From Dehalococcoidia bacterium (lineage in GTDB: Bacteria > Chloroflexota > Dehalococcoidia > Lucifugimonadales > CAZENU01), in contig CBDCTC010000006.1 in NCBI GenBank assembly GCA_965222125.1, positions 1,375,010 through 1,439,009 of the forward strand: a DNA stretch of 64,000 nt, given 5' to 3'. The position numbers and the translations under genes are program-made. Numbering within the stretch: position 1 is the first letter of the stretch; each line of letters begins with the position of its first letter. Positions 28,496 to 38,542 of the stretch are shown here, piece after piece. The notes beneath the pieces are model-generated. The model made no database searches. It had not been told where the DNA came from and worked only from the letters and a program-made list of their open reading frames with translations.

Positions 28496-28525
28496 TTGCC
28501 CCGCGATTGGGGCACCGACTACAAT
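28496..28525 (+). promoter_or_regulatory. putative promoter of tRNA-Ser
   Basis: TTGCCC (28496-28501), 18-nt spacer, TACAAT (28520-28525). It is preceded by the 12-mer CTGAACAGTTAC at 28469-28480. Confidence 0.4.
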
Positions 28526-28599
28526 ACGACGGTCGGCCCAGGCGTTCGCGGGCCCAGCGGCTGAGTTGCTCAGCGGGTCCCGAGCGCCGATTGCTGTCC

Positions 28600-28684
28600 G
28601 GAGGGGTGGCCGAGCGGCTTAAGGCGCCAGTCTTGAAAACTGGTTTCTCGCAAGGGAACGTGGGTTCGAATCCCACCCCCTCCG
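28600..28684 (+). tRNA. tRNA-Ser (anticodon TGA)
   Basis: Manual cloverleaf: acceptor GGAGGGG/CCCCTCC, anticodon stem CCAGT/ACTGG with loop CTTGAAA, a long variable arm, and T-arm GTGGG-TTCGAAT-CCCAC. No encoded CCA. Confidence 0.9.
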
Positions 28685-28747
28685 CTCGCGCGACGAGAGT
28701 AGAACACGACTGCCGGCGACTCCAGTAACCTCGGAGGAGTAGATCGA

Positions 28748-29905
28748 CTGAAAGTACACGAGTATCAGGCCAAGGAGCTGCTGGCCCGGGGCGGAGTGCC
28801 GGTCCCCGAGGGCGCTGTCGCGTCGACGCCCTCGGAAGCGCGGGAGATCGCGGCGTCGCTCGGCCGCGCCACCGTAGTCAAGGCGCAGGTCCACGCGGGC
28901 GGGCGCGGCAAGGCCGGCGGAATCAAGCTGGTGTCGACGCCCGAAGAGGCCGAGTCGGCCGCTGCCGCACTTCTGGGAACGATGCTTGTCACGGCCCAGA
29001 CAGGACCCGAGGGCGTGCCAGTGCGCCGGGTACTGGTCGAGGAGCGGCTCGACGTCCGACGCGAGCTCTACCTCGCCATGCTCATCGACGGCGCCGTGCG
29101 CGGCGCAATCGTCATGGCCAGCGAAGCGGGCGGCATGGATATCGAGGAGGTCGCCGACAGGACCCCGGAGAAGATCCTGCGGGTCGCCGTCGATCCGGCC
29201 CTCGGTCTGCGTCCGTACCAGGCGCGCACGCTGGCCTACCGGCTCGAGTTCGCCGTCGAGCACGTCCGCGCCGCGTCGAGCCTGATCGAGGGCCTGTACC
29301 GTGTCTTCGACGACAACGACTGCTCGCTGGCGGAGATCAATCCGCTGGTCGTGACCGGGGACGGCAGAGTCCTGGCCGCCGACGCCAAGCTGGCCTTCGA
29401 CGACGACGCCCTGTTCAAGCACCCCCGCCTCGAGGAGCTCCGGGACCCGGAGCAGGACGACCCCCTGGAGGAGCGGGCCGCGCGCGCCGGCATCAGCTAC
29501 GTGAAACTCGACGGCGACATCGGATGCATGGTCAACGGCGCGGGCCTGGCGATGGCGACGATGGACGTGGCCAGGGCCGCCGGCGCCGCGCCGGCGAACT
29601 TTCTCGACGTCGGCGGCAGCGCGGACGAGGAGAAGGTCGCCCAGGCCATGGAGATCATCCTGTCCGACGCCAACGTGAAGACGACCCTGATCAACATATT
29701 CGGCGGCATACTCAGGTGCGACATCGTCTCCCGGGGCGTGATAGCCGCCGCCGAGTCTACCTCCCACGCGATGAGGCCGCTGGTGGTGCGCATGTCGGGC
29801 ACCAACGCCGACGAGGGGCGCAGCCTTCTCCGGGAATCGGACCTGGCCGTGACCCTGGTGGACGACCTGGACGAGGCCGCCGAGGCACTGCGCGCCGGCG
29901 CGTGA
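28748..29905 (+). CDS. sucC: succinate--CoA ligase (ADP-forming) subunit beta, with an apparent CTG start codon
   Basis: The conserved N-terminus (M)KVHEYQAKELLARGGVPVPEG lies upstream of the first ATG/GTG/TTG, which is the track start at 28796. The only plausible initiator is CTG at 28748, with GGAGGAG at 28733-28739. An in-frame TAG lies at 28700. Confidence 0.85.
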   Translation: MKVHEYQAKELLARGGVPVPEGAVASTPSEAREIAASLGRATVVKAQVHAGGRGKAGGIKLVSTPEEAESAAAALLGTMLVTAQTGPEGVPVRRVLVEERLDVRRELYLAMLIDGAVRGAIVMASEAGGMDIEEVADRTPEKILRVAVDPALGLRPYQARTLAYRLEFAVEHVRAASSLIEGLYRVFDDNDCSLAEINPLVVTGDGRVLAADAKLAFDDDALFKHPRLEELRDPEQDDPLEERAARAGISYVKLDGDIGCMVNGAGLAMATMDVARAAGAAPANFLDVGGSADEEKVAQAMEIILSDANVKTTLINIFGGILRCDIVSRGVIAAAESTSHAMRPLVVRMSGTNADEGRSLLRESDLAVTLVDDLDEAAEALRAGA

Positions 29906-29950
29906 GCGCTGTCGGCCCCGTCTCGGAGCCGTGATAAACGGAGCAAGTGA

Positions 29951-30835
<885 letters not shown>

Positions 30836-30887
30836 CCGCCCCGGGCCGGGTATCCGCAACAGGTTCCGGGCCGTTGCGACTCGGATC

Positions 30888-31796
30888 TCAGACTACGATT
30901 ACGTCGTTCTCCAGCAGGCCTATTTTTTCTATCGTTATCTGGACGACGTCGCCTTCCTGGAGCGTGACGTCTGGCGGGGGGACGATGGCCGTGCCGGTGA
31001 GGACGGTCGTCAGGTTGGGTATCACGTTGTGGCGGTGGAGCCAGTCGGCGAGCTCGCCGCACTTCCGCGCCATGCCCGACGTCGACGTCTTGCCGCTGAA
31101 CAGCGTCTGGTCGTCGCGTAGTATGGCGCACTCGATGTCGAGGGAGTGGGGGTCGCCGATGGCGTCCGCGGTGACGAAGCAGGGGCCGATGGCGCAGCTA
31201 TTCGCGTACAGCTTGGCCTGAGGCAGGTACAGCGGGTTCTCGCCCTCGATGGACCGGCTGCTCACGTCGTTGCCGGCGGTGTAGCCGATGATCTCTCCCT
31301 TGTAGACGACGAACGCGAGCTCGGGCTCCGGGACGTTCCAGTCGGAGTCCGCGCGAATGCCGATGGACTCGAACGGGCCCATGCAGCGCTCGGGCGTCGC
31401 CTTGAAGAAGAGCTCCGGCCGCTCGGCCGCGTACACCTTGGAGTAGACGTCCGGCGTATCGGACTCGCGACGGCGCTCCATCTCGCTCGTCCTGTAGGTT
31501 ACGCCGGCGGCCCAGACCTCGGGCGGATCGAACGGCCGGTCGAGCCAGAACTCCCCGGTGCCGTCCCGCGACTCGTCCAGGAGCTGCGGGAGGTCGTGTG
31601 TATCGGCCTCCCCGGCGTCGAGCACCGCTCGCGCGAGATCGTCGATGGTGCTCCCCGACAGCGACGCCGCGGACGCCAGCTGGTCTATCTCGGTCAGGTC
31701 TTCGTCGATGGAAGTCAGGTCGTGCAGGACGTTGTCCTCGACCTCGACGGCGAGCCGCGGCTCGCCGTCGGCGGCCGTCAGTCTGTAGTACCTCAT
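30888..31796 (-). CDS. fumarylacetoacetate hydrolase (FAH) family protein
   Basis: The C-terminal FAH fold shows PELAFVVYKGEIIGYTAGNDVSSRSIEG and GTAIVPPPDVTLQEGDVV. I chose the start ATG at 31796 (MRYYRLTAADGEPRLAV); the track ORF N-terminal extension is Arg/Pro-rich and implausible. Confidence 0.7.
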   Translation of the reverse strand: MRYYRLTAADGEPRLAVEVEDNVLHDLTSIDEDLTEIDQLASAASLSGSTIDDLARAVLDAGEADTHDLPQLLDESRDGTGEFWLDRPFDPPEVWAAGVTYRTSEMERRRESDTPDVYSKVYAAERPELFFKATPERCMGPFESIGIRADSDWNVPEPELAFVVYKGEIIGYTAGNDVSSRSIEGENPLYLPQAKLYANSCAIGPCFVTADAIGDPHSLDIECAILRDDQTLFSGKTSTSGMARKCGELADWLHRHNVIPNLTTVLTGTAIVPPPDVTLQEGDVVQITIEKIGLLENDVIVV

Positions 31797-31840
31797 GCGG
31801 TGCTCAGCTCCTGTGGGTCGACCGGGGATTTCTCGGCCGC

Positions 31841-32644
31841 CTACGCCCCCGCCATTCGCGATGGGTCGATCTGCATGATGGAGAAGTGGCCGCCCTGGGG
31901 GTCCTGCAGGGACGCGAACCGGCCGACGCCGGCGACCTCCATGGGCTGCATTACGCCGGTTGCTCCGAGGCTCGCGGCCTTTTCCAGCGAGGCGTCCAGG
32001 TTGGCGACGGAGAAGTAGATCGACCAGTTGGCGGGCATCTCGCCCCACTCTTTTCTGATCGCCATCATGCCGGCCGCCGACTGCCCGTTGAGCCGGTACT
32101 CGACGTACTCGGCGCCGTCGGCGGTGGGAGTCGCGTTGGCCGTCCAGCCGAACAGCCCGCCGTAGAACCTGGCCGCGGCCTCCGTGTCGTGCGTGTACAG
32201 CTCGTTCCAGGCCAGGGCGCCCGGCTCGCCGAAGATCCCCGCGCCGATGTGGTCACGGGGCTCCCAGGCCGCGAACATGGCGCCCGTCGGGTCCATGGCG
32301 ACGACCAAGCGCCCGGAGGTGAACACGTCGAAGGGGCCGTTCACCACCGTGCCGCCCAGCTCCGTAATCCGCGGCGCCGTCTCGTCGGCGCTCTCTACCG
32401 TGAAGTAGCTCAGCCACGCGGGGCGGCCCCCGGTCATCTGCGCCATCTCCTCCGGCATCGTATAGAGCGCGCAGGAATTTTTCCCGCCCTTGCTCAGCAT
32501 CGTGTAAGACATGCCCGCGCCCATCTGCATGTCGGTGGTGTCCAGTTCGAGCAGCTCACTGTAGAACCGCTTGGCCCCCTCGGCATCCGGCGTACCCAGG
32601 TCGGCCCAGCTGAACATCCCCGGTTCGTGTTTGGTAACTTCCAA
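31841..32644 (-). CDS. VOC (glyoxalase/bleomycin-resistance) family protein, two tandem domains
   Basis: Two repeats have the pattern F.W.DL.T.D...A..FY..LF.W. The probable TTG start at 32644 has GGGAGA 7 nt upstream; ATG at 32617 is an alternative. Confidence 0.7.
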   Translation of the reverse strand: MEVTKHEPGMFSWADLGTPDAEGAKRFYSELLELDTTDMQMGAGMSYTMLSKGGKNSCALYTMPEEMAQMTGGRPAWLSYFTVESADETAPRITELGGTVVNGPFDVFTSGRLVVAMDPTGAMFAAWEPRDHIGAGIFGEPGALAWNELYTHDTEAAARFYGGLFGWTANATPTADGAEYVEYRLNGQSAAGMMAIRKEWGEMPANWSIYFSVANLDASLEKAASLGATGVMQPMEVAGVGRFASLQDPQGGHFSIMQIDPSRMAGA

Positions 32645-32795
32645 AATATAGTCTCCCTGCAAGTGAGTAGGCCTGATGCAACAATAATACAGGATAGGAA
32701 GCGCACGCCCGATCCGCTGGATAGTCCGCGCTACGATTTCGATATGGCATCCGGCAACCTTCACGACTCCCCCAAGTGCCCAAGGCATCTCTACG

Positions 32796-33422
32796 ATGGA
32801 CAAGGTCTTCATCTACTGGGACAACTCCAACATCTTCCTCGAGGCCCAGCGCCTTGCCGAGGAACGAAACAGCGGCCCCGACACCCGGTACCGGGTCCGC
32901 ATCGACTTCACCAACATGCTCCGCTTGGCTCACGCCGACCGCCCGGTAGAAAAGGCTCACCCGGCCGGCTCTGTGCCGCCCGAGATGCGGCAGCTGTGGA
33001 ACCGGCAGGAAAGTCAGGGCGTGGAAGTCCAGCTATTCGACCGTGGCAGCGCCGGAGCCGGAGAGCAGGAGATGCCCGACCGGGTCCTTCAGTTGCGCAT
33101 GCTCGAAGACGCTCTCGACTACAACGGCGACCCCGGTATAGCGGTGCTGCTGACCGGGGATGGGGCCGGCTACCAGGAGGGCGCGGGGTTCCACCGAACT
33201 CTGGAGCGGATGCACGGGCGCGGCTGGCGGGTGGAGATCGTGTCATGGGCCCACTCCTGCAATCAACGAATGCGCCGCTGGGCCCAGGAGAATGGCGTGT
33301 TCGTCGCTCTCGACGACTTCTACGACTCCGTCACGTTCCTGGAGCCGTCCGGGCCCGGCCACCGTCTGGCGGAGTCCCGCGATTCGGCGCCGCTGGACTT
33401 GTCGCTCCGTACCACCGCCTGA
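32796..33422 (+). CDS. NYN (LabA/DUF88-like) domain protein, putative RNase
   Basis: Contains MDKVFIYWDNSNIF..., ...IAVLLTGDGAG... and ...GWRVEIVSW, matching the NYN/PIN-like pattern. Confidence 0.6.
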   Translation: MDKVFIYWDNSNIFLEAQRLAEERNSGPDTRYRVRIDFTNMLRLAHADRPVEKAHPAGSVPPEMRQLWNRQESQGVEVQLFDRGSAGAGEQEMPDRVLQLRMLEDALDYNGDPGIAVLLTGDGAGYQEGAGFHRTLERMHGRGWRVEIVSWAHSCNQRMRRWAQENGVFVALDDFYDSVTFLEPSGPGHRLAESRDSAPLDLSLRTTA

Positions 33423-33472
33423 CCGGAGCGACACTGCCCCACTGAGGGTGGGTTCGTTGCTACGGAGTACGG

Positions 33473-33925
33473 GTGGCACAAATGGAAGTCAGACGGCTCA
33501 GCGATCCGACAGATTCCGACTGGCTGGAGATGAGAGGCCGGCTCTGGGATCATGCCGACCACGTCGAGCACGCGGCCCATCTGAAACGCGTCGTGGCGGA
33601 GCCGTCCCGGTTCGCCGCGTTTCTCGCGGTCTCCCCCGAGGGGCAGGGGGCAGGCTTCGCCGAGGTGTAGGTCCGCACCGACTACGTCAACGGATGCAAG
33701 ACGAGCCCGGCGGCGTTCCTTGAGGGCATCTACGTCAGGCCCGAGTTTCGCCGACGAGGAGTCGCCAGGCAGCTCTGTCAGGCGGTGCAGAGATGGGGTC
33801 GGGCCGGGGGTTGCACGGAGCTGGCATCCGACGCGCTCATCGACAACACGGTGAGCCACAGCATGCACCGTGGTCTCGGCTTCGAGGAGACTGAAAGAGT
33901 CGTCTACTTCAAGAAGAGCCTCTAG
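33473..33925 (+). pseudogene. AAC(6')-type GNAT aminoglycoside N-acetyltransferase homolog interrupted by an in-frame TAG
   Basis: MEVRRLSDPTDSDWLEMRGRLWDHA...GFAEV[TAG 33668-33670]VRTDYVNGCKTSPAAFLEGIYVRPEFRRRGVARQLCQAVQRWGRAGGCTELASDALIDNTVSHSMHRGLGFEETERVVYFKKSL. The whole 151-codon frame is otherwise intact. Confidence 0.7.
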
Positions 33926-34000
33926 GAGGCGAACCGAGCGCGCAGTCCGCGGACTGCTATAAGATAACGGCGCCGGACATGGTTAGGAGCGCGAACGGAA

Positions 34001-34768
34001 GTGGAGAATAGCATCTTCGATCTCAGCGGCAGAGCCGCCATCGTCACGGGCGGCAACGGCGGTATCGGGCTCGGCATCGCCGAGGGCTTGGCCTGCGCCG
34101 GTGCGAGCGTGTCGATCGTGGGACGGAACGAGGCCAAGACGGCGGCCGCGGCCGAGCGGCTCCGCGGCCACGGCGTCGAGGCGCTGGGCTTCGCGGCCGA
34201 CGTCAGCGACGAGACGGCGGTCGACGAGGTCGTCGCCTCGACCGCCGACCGCCTGGGCCGCATCGACATCCTGGTCAATAACGCCGGCATCGCCAAGCGC
34301 GGGCTGCTACAGGACTACACGGCCGAGGACTGGGACAGCGTCTTGGACGTGAACCTCAAGGGCATGTTCCTGTTCTCCAGGGCGGTCTACCCTCACATGG
34401 TCAGGACAGGCGGCGGGAAGGTCATCAACATCGGCTCGATGACCTCGATATTCGGCCTCGACTGGGCGCCCGCCTACGGCGCCAGCAAGGGGGGCGCGGT
34501 GCAGCTCGCCAAGAACATGGCCGTCGCGTGGGCCAAGGACAACATCCAGGCCAACACGATCCTGCCCGGCTGGATCGAGACGGACCTCACGGCCCCGCTG
34601 CAGACGATCGCCCCCGAACGGCACGCGATGATCAGCTCCCGGATACCGCAGGGGCGCTGGGGCACGCCCTCAGATTTCGCCGGGATCGCGGTTTTCCTGG
34701 CCAGCCGCGCGTCGGACTACGTCACCGGGGCCGTCATCCCGGTCGACGGCGGCTTTTCGTCCTTCTGA
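34001..34768 (+). CDS. SDR family oxidoreductase
   Basis: Contains the TGGNGGIGLGIA cofactor motif, NNAG, and the catalytic context YGASKGG. Confidence 0.85.
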   Translation: MENSIFDLSGRAAIVTGGNGGIGLGIAEGLACAGASVSIVGRNEAKTAAAAERLRGHGVEALGFAADVSDETAVDEVVASTADRLGRIDILVNNAGIAKRGLLQDYTAEDWDSVLDVNLKGMFLFSRAVYPHMVRTGGGKVINIGSMTSIFGLDWAPAYGASKGGAVQLAKNMAVAWAKDNIQANTILPGWIETDLTAPLQTIAPERHAMISSRIPQGRWGTPSDFAGIAVFLASRASDYVTGAVIPVDGGFSSF

Positions 34769-34769
34769 G

Positions 34770-35585
34770 ATGACGCACGGAAGCGACAACCGTCCTTCCG
34801 GCGACGCCATAGTACTGGCCGTCGAGGACGGGGTCGCCACGATCACGCTCAACCGGCCCGAACGCCGCAACGCCGTCGACTACGAAGGCTGGAAGCTGCT
34901 CCGGGGCACCGCGGGCGCGTTGGCGGAGCGTCGCGATGTCCGCGTAGTGGTGATCACCGGGGCCGGCGACGCTGCGTTCTCGGCCGGGGCGGACATCTCC
35001 GATTTCGGCCGCTACCGCAGCGACTCCAAGCAGGGCGAGGTCTACGCCGAGGCGTTCGACGGCGCGATCGACGCCGTAGAGGCCCTCCCGCAGCCGACGT
35101 TGTGTCTGATCAAGGGCGCCTGCGTTGGCGGCGGATGCGAGCTGTCGCTGGCTGCGGACATGCGCATCGCCGCGGACAACAGCCGTTTCGGGATACCGGC
35201 CGCGAAGCTGGGCATCATCATCGGCTATGGGGAGATGGGCCGCTTGGTCGGGCTCGTGGGCCGCGGCAACGCCAACGAACTGCTGCTGACCGGCAGGCTG
35301 GTCGACGCCGAAGAGGCGCTGCGGATGGGGCTGGTCAACGAGGTCGCGCCCCTGGCCGAGGTCGGCGAGCGAGTCTACGCTCTTGCTACGCAGATCGCCG
35401 CACTGGCGCCCCTTTCCCATCGCCGTCACAAGCAGATCATGCGGACCGTGCTGCGCAATCCGGGCCTGGAAGGGCTGAGCGCCAAAGAACTGCGGCTGCC
35501 CTACGCCAATTTCGACTCCGAGGACTTCCACGAAGGCCGTCGCGCGTTCGGGGAGCGCAGACCGCCGCGATTCGAGGGCCGGTAA
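34770..35585 (+). CDS. enoyl-CoA hydratase/isomerase (crotonase) family protein
   Basis: Contains VVVITGAGDAAFSAGADISDF and GACVGGGCELSLAADMRIA. Confidence 0.85.
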   Translation: MTHGSDNRPSGDAIVLAVEDGVATITLNRPERRNAVDYEGWKLLRGTAGALAERRDVRVVVITGAGDAAFSAGADISDFGRYRSDSKQGEVYAEAFDGAIDAVEALPQPTLCLIKGACVGGGCELSLAADMRIAADNSRFGIPAAKLGIIIGYGEMGRLVGLVGRGNANELLLTGRLVDAEEALRMGLVNEVAPLAEVGERVYALATQIAALAPLSHRRHKQIMRTVLRNPGLEGLSAKELRLPYANFDSEDFHEGRRAFGERRPPRFEGR

Positions 35586-35764
35586 CCGTTCACGTTTGGT
35601 GAGACCCCGGCGTCGCGCCCCTCGATACGCGCCGATGAAGCATCCGCGCTACTCGGGGTGAACGGGCCGTGGGAGCCTCAAGGTTGAACAGTTGCGGGGG
35701 TCGTTGGAGGAATCCGGCGAGCCGCCGCGCCCCGGACGTCGGGAGCCAGCGACTACGCCGCCGT

Positions 35765-37093
35765 CTACCGTACGCGCTGGACGGCGTTGCGGTAGGCCGC
35801 GATCAGCGCGTCGATCTCCGCCTCGGTCGTGAGCGTCGACAGCGCGCCGCTGCAGTGGACCTGTAGCAGCACTCCCTCGTTGAGCATGGCGATGAAGAGC
35901 CGCTTCTTGATGTCCCGGTCGGCGCGCAGTACGGACCGGTAGTCGGTCACGTCCTCGGGCGTGAAGTGGACTCCCCACAGCGAGGCGACACCGGTGACCT
36001 GCGCGTCGACGTCGAGCTCGTCGAACACCGCCTGCAGCCTGCCCCGCAGGGACGCCCCGAGGTCGCTCATGCGCCGATAGACGTCCGGAGTCAGCGCGCT
36101 CATCGTCACCTCGCCGGCGGCCATGGTCATCGGGTTGCCGTTGAACGTGCCCGCGTGGGCGATGGAACCGTCGACGGGATTGAACAGGGACATGACGTCG
36201 GCGCGGCCGCCGAAGGCCCCGGCCGGCATGCCGCCGCCCACGATCTTGCCCATAGCGGTCACGTCGGGCATCACGCCGAACAGCTCCTGCGCGCCGCCGG
36301 GCGCCACCCGCAGGCTCTGCACCTCGTCGTATACGAGGAGGATGCCGAGCTCCTCCGTCAGCTCGCGGACGCCCTTCAGGAAGTCCGGGTCGCCCGGCAG
36401 GTAGCCGAAGGACGATGCGACCGGCTCCATGATGACGCACGCGAGGTCGCCGGCGTGGGCGCGCAGTATGCGCTCGGTCCGGGCCAGGTCGTTGTACGGC
36501 AGCACGACCACGTCGTCCATGACTCCGGGCGGCATCGCGGCAAACTCCGGTATCGGGCTCGGCCCGTCGGGGTCGAGCTCGTCCAGAGACGTGCTGTAGC
36601 TGACCGACACGTACTCATGTGTGCCGTGGTAGGCGCCCTCGAATTTCGCGATCTTGTGCCGGCCGGTGAACACCCGGGCGGCCCTGATGGCGTACAGCGT
36701 GGCCTCGGTGCCGGAGTTCGTGAACCGTACCGAGTCGATGGATGGCACGCGGTCGCAGATCAGCTTCGCCAGCCGCGCCTGCGAGTCGGTCGGGACGCTG
36801 AACGACACTCCCTTCGCGGCCTGTTCCTGTACGGCGGCCGTGATGTCCGGGTGAGCGTGTCCCAGGATGAGCGTGGTGGCATTGAGCATGAAGTCCAGGT
36901 AGCGGTTGCCGTCGACGTCGTAGACGTAGTGGCCGTCGCCGCGTTCGGCGAAGAACGGGTACGGCTCGAAGAACTGCGTCCCCCGGGAGCTGCCGCCGGG
37001 CAGGTACGCGGACGCCTCCTCCTGGAGCGCCTTCGACTTCGGCGTGCGGTCGACGTACCGGGAGACCTCGACGTCCAGCTTGGCGGACTCCAT
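35765..37093 (-). CDS. class III aminotransferase (glutamate-1-semialdehyde aminomutase-like)
   Basis: Contains LPGGSSRGTQFFEPYPFF...GNRYLDF, FTNSGTEATLYAIRAAR, and DEVQSLR...GKIVGGG (PLP-Lys region). I chose the start ATG at 37093, which has a GGAGG upstream. Confidence 0.8.
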   Translation of the reverse strand: MESAKLDVEVSRYVDRTPKSKALQEEASAYLPGGSSRGTQFFEPYPFFAERGDGHYVYDVDGNRYLDFMLNATTLILGHAHPDITAAVQEQAAKGVSFSVPTDSQARLAKLICDRVPSIDSVRFTNSGTEATLYAIRAARVFTGRHKIAKFEGAYHGTHEYVSVSYSTSLDELDPDGPSPIPEFAAMPPGVMDDVVVLPYNDLARTERILRAHAGDLACVIMEPVASSFGYLPGDPDFLKGVRELTEELGILLVYDEVQSLRVAPGGAQELFGVMPDVTAMGKIVGGGMPAGAFGGRADVMSLFNPVDGSIAHAGTFNGNPMTMAAGEVTMSALTPDVYRRMSDLGASLRGRLQAVFDELDVDAQVTGVASLWGVHFTPEDVTDYRSVLRADRDIKKRLFIAMLNEGVLLQVHCSGALSTLTTEAEIDALIAAYRNAVQRVR

Positions 37094-37110
37094 GTCGACC
37101 TCCACGAAGC

Positions 37111-38283
37111 CTAACCGCAGTTCCAGTTCCCGGATTCCGGCTCGTCCTGGCCGGCGTTGGTCCTGTGTGCCCAGCCCTCGCCGAACTTGCCGTTGGGCTT
37201 GACGACCAGCTCGCGGACGGCGCGGCCCGAATCGGACAGATAGATCGCATCGCCGCGTGCGACGAGCGACGCCCTGAGGGGGTCGTCCAGGTCGCACTGG
37301 TCCTCGCGCGTGCCGTCATCGGCGGCTACGAGGTACACTCCGCCGTCCTTGGACGGCACAGCCAGCCTGTCGCCAATGACGGTTGGCCCGCCGATGATCG
37401 GCCCCTCTGTCTCGAGCGTCCAGCGCCTGAGTCCGTCCCCGATACCGATCGCGTACAGATTCCCGTCCAGGGAGGGGGCGTAGACCGCGTCGCCCATGAC
37501 GACCGCTCGGCCCCAGTACCACCTGTCCGCGCCCTCGAACTTCCAGACCGGACTGCCGGTCGACGCGTCGATGGCGTAGAAGATGCTGTCGAAGGAGCCG
37601 ACCAGCACCTTGCCTGCGGCCACCACCGGGCCGGCGACCACGCCGCCTCCCGTTCGGAACTTCCATATCTGGGCGCCGCTTGCCAGGTCTACCGCGTAGA
37701 CGTGGTGGTCGAGCGACCCGAAGTAGGCGACGCCGTCGTGCACCGCCGGCGTCGACCATACCTCTCCACCCGTCTTGAAGCGCCACCGCAGCCCGGCGGA
37801 GTGGTTCTCGAAGTCGTACTCGTACGCATATACGGCGCCGTCGTTGGACCCGACCAGCACCACGTCGTCCGCAACGGTCACGCCGCCTACGACGTGGTGG
37901 CCGTCGCCGACCCTCGTGTCCCACTGCTCTTCACCGTCCAGGCTGAGGGAGTACAGGAAGCCGCCGTAGGAGGCGAAGAAGATCGTGTCCCGCGCCACAG
38001 CGGGCGTGCCGTAGATGACGAGGTCCTTCTCGATGTCGCCCCGCAGCGTGTAGCGCCACAGCTCCTCGCCGCCGTTCGCGCTGGGTTGGGTCTGGTCCTC
38101 GGCGACCAGCGCCCTGAGGTCGCCCTCCTGGGTGCCGACGTAGAGCACGCGCTCGTAGACATCGTCACGGTAGCTGACGTCATCCACGACCACGCCGCCC
38201 GACCAGCCCTCCGGACTTGGGAGCCTGGCGCAGCCGGTCAGGACGAGTACGACGAGTAGCGGAAGCAAGGAAAAAGATCGCAT
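37111..38283 (-). CDS. PQQ-like beta-propeller repeat lipoprotein (BamB-like fold)
   Basis: Has a lipobox (LVLTGCA) and repeated motifs of the form G.VYA.D..TG...W.F. The 3' end runs into a REP-like element at 37131-37154. Confidence 0.7.
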   Translation of the reverse strand: MRSFSLLPLLVVLVLTGCARLPSPEGWSGGVVVDDVSYRDDVYERVLYVGTQEGDLRALVAEDQTQPSANGGEELWRYTLRGDIEKDLVIYGTPAVARDTIFFASYGGFLYSLSLDGEEQWDTRVGDGHHVVGGVTVADDVVLVGSNDGAVYAYEYDFENHSAGLRWRFKTGGEVWSTPAVHDGVAYFGSLDHHVYAVDLASGAQIWKFRTGGGVVAGPVVAAGKVLVGSFDSIFYAIDASTGSPVWKFEGADRWYWGRAVVMGDAVYAPSLDGNLYAIGIGDGLRRWTLETEGPIIGGPTVIGDRLAVPSKDGGVYLVAADDGTREDQCDLDDPLRASLVARGDAIYLSDSGRAVRELVVKPNGKFGEGWAHRTNAGQDEPESGNWNCG

Positions 38284-38329
38284 TGGTAGATTATGCCTGA
38301 ACTTGGCGCCGCGTGTCTCCCTTGAATGG

Positions 38330-38542
38330 CTATGGGACGGGATCGTACCCGCTGGTGCCGAAGGGGCGGCAGCGGGCGATGCGCCTGACGCCGAGCCAGG
38401 CGCCCCTCAGGACGCCGTACCGCGAGACTGCCTCGTAGGTGTACCGCGAGCAGGTCGGAGTGTGTCGGCAGCCACCCGGCATGTAGGGCGAGAAGGCCCG
38501 CTGGTAAAGCCGTATGGCCACTAAGACGATTGTGCGCACCAC
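38330..38542 (-). CDS. yidD: membrane protein insertion efficiency factor YidD
   Basis: [31 protein letters not shown] is the hallmark YidD motif. Confidence 0.9.
   Translation of the reverse strand: MVRTIVLVAIRLYQRAFSPYMPGGCRHTPTCSRYTYEAVSRYGVLRGAWLGVRRIARCRPFGTSGYDPVP

Noticed and set aside
33668-33670. The in-frame TAG in the AAC(6')-like gene as pyrrolysine or suppressed amber.
   Set aside because: TAG is used as a normal terminator in this window (e.g. ffh, rpmH, the SBP gene). No pyl genes or PYLIS-like context were seen. The consensus residue at this position is an ordinary small amino acid.
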